DNA of 31,465 nucleotides from Leptospirales bacterium (lineage in GTDB: Bacteria > Spirochaetota > Leptospiria > Leptospirales > Leptonemataceae): the NCBI GenBank assembly GCA_050305335.1, contig JBNLFC010000001.1:1-31465 (forward strand). The letters are read 5' to 3'. The position numbers were made by a program, and so were the translations under genes. Below the pieces are notes generated by a model. That model saw nothing but the letters and a program-made list of their open reading frames with translations, did no database searches and was not told the origin of the DNA. Shown piece after piece: positions 27,842-31,465 of this stretch. Positions within the stretch are counted from its first letter, which is position 1; each line of letters starts with the position of its first letter.

Positions 27842-28110
27842 TCTATTACCTCACTAATTTTTTTGACGGCATATTTTATTACTGAAAAATCTGCCAGAAT
27901 CAGAATAATTCCGATAATAATTCCCGCAATCACAAATTCTGTAACTGAACTGGAAATAAAAATCGGCTCAATAACACCTATGACAAATGTATTCACAATC
28001 AAAAAAGTGATTATGAATACAAGATGTCTTAATTTTATTTTATCAATCATTTGCTTCATGCTCAGGATAATAGTTTTTCTGTATCTTCCAGATTGCTTTT
28101 GCGCATTCAA
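27838..28110 (-). CDS. small two-TM membrane protein (possible NfeD/YqiJ-like partner of the SPFH protein)
   Basis: Two hydrophobic helices; directly upstream of and translationally coupled to the SPFH gene, the canonical NfeD-SPFH gene order. Confidence 0.35.
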   Translation of the reverse strand: MNAQKQSGRYRKTIILSMKQMIDKIKLRHLVFIITFLIVNTFVIGVIEPIFISSSVTEFVIAGIIIGIILILADFSVIKYAVKKISEVIE

Positions 28111-28819
28111 AAACCTGACGAGAATTTATCCTATCGTCTGCATCCCAGAATTTAAAGTACCATTTTCCTGGATTCATTCTATCAATTATCAGGTTTGCTG
28201 TAAAATATAAAGGACCATCATATGCCATTGCATAAGCTTCTAATTGATAGCACCATTCTGGATAAAATACAGGTTTCTCTTTGACATCCTGAGATTTTAC
28301 ATCAATCAAGATTTTATCAAATGAACCAATCATTCCAATTAGATCATAAGTTCCAGCATAATCAGAGTTAACAATAATATTTTCTGATGATTTGATCCTG
28401 ATCTCATATTCATCAATGCAGGATTGAAATGCAATGAGATATTGCGTCATTTTATTCGAAAATGATTTGTGTTTAACATATGCTTCAATCGCTCTATGGA
28501 TCTGTGTCCCGAGATCGGCTGAATTTTTGGTATGCTCCTTCGCGTCTTTCACTGCTCGTTTTGCAAAATCATCCAGGGATTCGTCTTCTATTCGAGGCAA
28601 CGTAAGAGAAGCCAAAATGGCCTGTTCCTGTTTCCATGCCTCAAGCTGGGGTTTGTTGAGCACCTGGAGAATGCTGGTAACAGATGGTAGCAGATCCATT
28701 TTCCTGGCATCGCGCAAAGTGGTAGGACGCCATTCTCCGTTTTTAGATTGTACCTCATGCACTGGCCTACCATCTCTGGTGTACCAGTGCGCTGAGTTAT
28801 AGACAGTTATGAGCTTCAA
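28043..28819 (-). CDS. PD-(D/E)XK family nuclease (RecB/YqaJ/Cas4-like exonuclease)
   Basis: Motifs D (YDLIG), IDVK (E/D-x-K) and QLEAY (QxxxY) in the canonical order. Confidence 0.5.
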   Translation of the reverse strand: MKLITVYNSAHWYTRDGRPVHEVQSKNGEWRPTTLRDARKMDLLPSVTSILQVLNKPQLEAWKQEQAILASLTLPRIEDESLDDFAKRAVKDAKEHTKNSADLGTQIHRAIEAYVKHKSFSNKMTQYLIAFQSCIDEYEIRIKSSENIIVNSDYAGTYDLIGMIGSFDKILIDVKSQDVKEKPVFYPEWCYQLEAYAMAYDGPLYFTANLIIDRMNPGKWYFKFWDADDRINSRQVFECAKAIWKIQKNYYPEHEAND

Positions 28820-29745
28820 AACAGATCCTCCGTCTGTTCTGATGATGATTCTGGTTGTGCTGGAATGCTTTCGCCTTCCTGTTTGAACTTGAATTTAGAT
28901 TTTGCAAACCCGATAACGTCGAAACCATTGTGGCGAAGATCTGGATTTTTACCGTTTGTCGCTGTGTTCCATCGAGTTTCGATTACCTCAAGATCTTGCA
29001 ATGAGTTTGCCTTATCAACCTCATCCTGAAGGCGTTCGAGAGCTGATTTTGTCGGAGTAGGTTCTGGAATATCCTGCCCTTCGTTTAACCAATGAATCAG
29101 ATCCTTTCCGAGATCAACGCCTGGTTTTGGAATTATTGCGTCCTGATACTTTCCAGTTCTATCTTTAGTGACATGCCCGGAATGTTCTTCGCTAAGTTCG
29201 ATCAGCATGTCGAATTCATATTCGATACCCTTTCCCTGCTCAGGAGATAGACCGAGTTTTTTAGGTGCCACTTTCCCCTTGTCTGTTTCAATCAATGCAT
29301 ACTCAATTTTGCTGCGCATCGTTGCTATAACATGACCAGGGAATGAAAGAATGGAATTGACAAACATTTTTTGTTTCGGTGTCCCCTCGCTCCATGCGGA
29401 CCAGGTATTTCCTCGAAATTTTGATTGTGCAATCTTTTCCACTTCCTGTAACAGCTCTTGCCAGGCATGAGACATAGAGTCGATAATAAGGACATTGTAT
29501 TGACCTGATGCTTCTGCAATGTATTTCACATATTCAGAGATATCACATCTGTTAAGATCTACTGTGTCAAAATCAAATCGATCCGCATATTTTGACGCGG
29601 AAGATCTCTCGGAATCGATCAGGGCAATTTTCCCTCCAATTCCTGTAGCGATAGAAAGAGCTGTATAGGTTTTTCCGCTTCCAGGAGGACCGAATATTGC
29701 ACAGCGTAGTTTAGATTTACTTTTAACTGCCTTTTTAAAGCTCAT
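28816..29745 (-). CDS. AAA_24 / Sak4-like RecA-fold ATPase (phage single-strand annealing/recombination ATPase)
   Basis: Walker A GPPGSGKT near the N-terminus, Walker B LIIDS, ~230-aa core with a C-terminal acidic tail; adjacent to the nuclease. Confidence 0.65.
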   Translation of the reverse strand: MSFKKAVKSKSKLRCAIFGPPGSGKTYTALSIATGIGGKIALIDSERSSASKYADRFDFDTVDLNRCDISEYVKYIAEASGQYNVLIIDSMSHAWQELLQEVEKIAQSKFRGNTWSAWSEGTPKQKMFVNSILSFPGHVIATMRSKIEYALIETDKGKVAPKKLGLSPEQGKGIEYEFDMLIELSEEHSGHVTKDRTGKYQDAIIPKPGVDLGKDLIHWLNEGQDIPEPTPTKSALERLQDEVDKANSLQDLEVIETRWNTATNGKNPDLRHNGFDVIGFAKSKFKFKQEGESIPAQPESSSEQTEDLF

Positions 29746-29942
29746 TCCTCACCTCTCCCTCGCATCTCTGCAAGCTCCTCGTATATATCGTCCATCTCTG
29801 CGGGAGTTATGGTATCTGTTATATCTACTCCGTCTCTCTCTACTCTCTCAATCTCCAGTATTCCGGAGTATCCTACTCGTGGTTCTGGAGGTGCATAATA
29901 GATCTCTACCTCTGCTCCTGGGATAGTGCTGATAGATATCAT
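29742..29942 (-). CDS. hypothetical acidic protein (66 aa)
   Basis: ORF, coupled (ATGA overlap). Confidence 0.35.
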   Translation of the reverse strand: MISISTIPGAEVEIYYAPPEPRVGYSGILEIERVERDGVDITDTITPAEMDDIYEELAEMRGRGEE

Positions 29943-30199
29943 GACAGCACCTCACGGGTGATTCGATACAATCTCCAATTTTTCCCCTTCAATCTACGCG
30001 CGGATAGATTATGCAACCAGATCCGGGCTCGCATGTGCCGGTTGGCCTGTTTCCGCAGGTAATCAATCTCTTTTTGCATCGAACAGTGTACCTCCTCTAT
30101 CCGACGGATCTCCTCTCTTGCGCTGGATTTTTCCGGCACGTACACTCTGTCGAGATTGCGCAGAGTTCGCAGCTCGTATTCTATGTCATATGGTTGCAT
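29939..30199 (-). CDS. hypothetical basic protein (86 aa)
   Basis: ORF, coupled. Confidence 0.35.
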   Translation of the reverse strand: MQPYDIEYELRTLRNLDRVYVPEKSSAREEIRRIEEVHCSMQKEIDYLRKQANRHMRARIWLHNLSARRLKGKNWRLYRITREVLS

Positions 30200-30765
30200 T
30201 GTTTTTTATTCTCCTGTTCCGTTTTGATGAATTTCTCTGCAACAAACGAAAGAACCTCGAACGCAAATTTTCTGCGATTTGATTCATAGGAATCATCGTT
30301 CGGAAATTCGTTATCGTTATTCCAAAAGTCATTAGCCCACTCCTGTTGCGACCTGTAATGACAACCAAATCTCATATACACCGAATCGTCATAAAATATA
30401 ACGAGAGTATTTTTGTATCTGTATAGATTATTGTAAAACGATATATGTTTTACAAGCTTATTTTTGTATAAAATTTTGCCGACTGCGCGAATGTCGCCGT
30501 TTGCGTCAATGTGTCCGACTGCGTCAATGTGTCCGACTGCGTGAATGTAGCCGTCTGCGTGAATGTAGCCGCTTGCGTCAATGTGTCCGACTGCGTCAAT
30601 GTTGCCGTCTGCGTGAATGTAGCCGATTGCGCGAATGTCGCCGTTTGAGCGAATGGAGCCGTCTGTGCGAATGTCGCAATTAAATTCAATTGAATCCTCG
30701 ACAATAAAATTGCCATAATTGTTCAGCATTGAATTAAACTGTTCTTGAGTGTCTATAGTTAACAT
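30181..30765 (-). CDS. hexapeptide-repeat protein: ~11 tandem G-[HY]-I-[DHR]-A-[VDS] units encoded by the 18-bp tandem repeat, plus a Tyr/Asn-rich C-terminal domain
   Basis: SD AGGAGT 7 nt upstream of ATG; repeat units read directly in the translation. Confidence 0.5.
   Translation of the reverse strand: MLTIDTQEQFNSMLNNYGNFIVEDSIEFNCDIRTDGSIRSNGDIRAIGYIHADGNIDAVGHIDASGYIHADGYIHAVGHIDAVGHIDANGDIRAVGKILYKNKLVKHISFYNNLYRYKNTLVIFYDDSVYMRFGCHYRSQQEWANDFWNNDNEFPNDDSYESNRRKFAFEVLSFVAEKFIKTEQENKKQCNHMT
30481..30678. repeat. 11 x 18-bp head-to-tail tandem repeat, consensus G(A/T)(C/T)TGCG(T/C)(C/G)AATGT(A/G)(G/T)CC
   Basis: Units aligned by eye; all three frames on both strands are stop-free across the array. 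Confidence 0.9.
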
Positions 30766-31070
30766 GTTTTTTCTACTCCTGTTATCTCGAATGGAATTGC
30801 GAATAGATGTTTACCCTCTCGCTCTATTGATATGTTGTCAAGCTCAGGATGTCGCTTCTGGATTGCGGTAGCGATTATATCTCTGTTCCGATTAAGACGC
30901 CGCTCCAATTGTCCCAGAAGCGATTTCAGTCTGCGTACGGTCAATTCGTCGCAATCCGGATCGTCGATCGTTTTTAGGTATGCGTCCGCATCTCGCATGA
31001 TATCCTCATTTAATAGAACGAGGTCTATAATTTCAAGATTCACTTCGTGTGATAGATGTATGCGTACCAT
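30759..31070 (-). CDS. hypothetical protein (103 aa), first gene of the leftward unit
   Basis: SD GGAGG 9 nt upstream of ATG. Confidence 0.5.
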   Translation of the reverse strand: MVRIHLSHEVNLEIIDLVLLNEDIMRDADAYLKTIDDPDCDELTVRRLKSLLGQLERRLNRNRDIIATAIQKRHPELDNISIEREGKHLFAIPFEITGVEKTC

Positions 31071-31146
31071 TTTATTTTCCTCCAGAATTCAATTTGCGTT
31101 CAGGGGCAATAATATGACTCAGCATAAACTGAATCATAACCCGATG

Positions 31147-31219
31147 TGCCGTGTGTGTGGTTCGAACAAACGACCCCATGATTACAAAACAGATGCTCTA
31201 CCAACTGAGCTAAATCGGC
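31147..31219 (-). other. 73-nt tRNA-Thr(UGU)-like sequence, probably a pseudo-tRNA or tRNA-derived element (perfect D-arm and T-loop; 5 mispairs in the acceptor, anticodon and T stems)
   Basis: Minus strand reads GCCGATT TA GCTC AGTTGGTA GAGC A TCTGT TTTGTAA TCATG GGGTC GTTTG TTCGAAC CACAC ACACGGC A; canonical lengths for every element; no CCA. Confidence 0.35.
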
Positions 31220-31227
31220 ATAATTCA

Positions 31228-31245
31228 CCCCCGGTTTCCCGGGGG
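31228..31245. other. hairpin CCCCCGG-TTTC-CCGGGGG, second copy of the CCCCGGTTTCCCGGGG motif, 8 nt 5' of the tRNA-like element on the minus strand
   Basis: Read directly; core identical to 26977-26992 in the same orientation. Confidence 0.6.
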
Positions 31246-31389
31246 ATCCTCAACAACTCCGGTCTCTCCCAGTGTCTCGCTATTCGTAGCGTTCGTCCCC
31301 GTGGGGAAGATCTCCAGCGTCCCGGAGATCGGCAATCGGGCTTGTGACCGATCAATGCGCATTACCGCCCGCATAGGGCGTCACTCTGC

Positions 31390-31465
31390 TGGTGTCCGGT
31401 CCCCCGGCCCGCATGGGCCAGGAGAACTTTTTGCCCGCCGGAGTGACCGGACGTGTTGCCCGGCG
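31390..31465. repeat. right copy of the 76-bp terminal direct repeat
   Basis: Identical to 1-76. Confidence 0.9.

Noticed and set aside
30481-30678. Possible CRISPR array (regular 18-bp repeats)
   Set aside because: The units are directly adjacent with no spacers and are too short. It is a simple tandem repeat inside an ORF, and no cas genes are present.
30832-31347. 171-aa + strand ORF (and its internal 77-aa version from ATG 31114)
   Set aside because: It is antisense to the SD-supported gene 30759-31070 and runs through the tRNA-like element and hairpin. Its openness is probably incidental, and its composition is Ser/Arg-rich and low-complexity.
1-31465. Integrase/repressor lysogeny module, possibly next to the tRNA-like element
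   Set aside because: No ORF shows tyrosine- or serine-recombinase or CI-like repressor hallmarks, so the tRNA-like element cannot be called a functional attP.

Overview
This window looks like a complete, densely coded ~31.4-kb tailed-phage genome: bases 1-76 repeat exactly at 31390-31465, so the contig is either circularly closed or has a 76-bp terminal redundancy. A bacterial host is inferred from GGAGG-type Shine-Dalgarno sequences, sigma70-like promoters, TTG/GTG starts and overlapping stop/start codons. Three transcription units are visible. (1) A long rightward unit runs from a promoter near 884-912 through a small HTH-like protein, a ParB-like nuclease, a GNAT acetyltransferase, an ASCH protein, terminase small and large subunits, portal, head genes, a contractile-tail module (sheath/tube, frameshifting chaperone, tape measure, P2/Mu-like baseplate V-W-J-I, tail fibers) and a lysis cassette ending in an M23-peptidase endolysin at 26976. 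(2) A leftward accessory/recombination unit (31070 to 27008) encodes a hexapeptide-repeat protein on an 11 x 18-bp tandem repeat, a Sak4-like ATPase, a PD-(D/E)XK nuclease and a small membrane protein followed by an SPFH/Band-7 lipoprotein. (3) A short leftward unit (750 to 90) encodes two unknown proteins that share an identical 22-nt leader. The ~480-bp GC-rich non-coding junction (31075-31465 plus 1-89) carries nested hairpins, a 73-nt degenerate tRNA-Thr(UGU)-like sequence and one copy of a hairpin motif that recurs as the bidirectional terminator at 26976-26993. Most notable are the repeat-encoded hexapeptide protein, a portal with a C-terminal ParB-like domain alongside a separate ParB gene, an A9 tract positioned to fuse ParB to GNAT, and a phage-borne SPFH/NfeD-like pair. 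No integrase, repressor, CRISPR array or reverse transcriptase was found.
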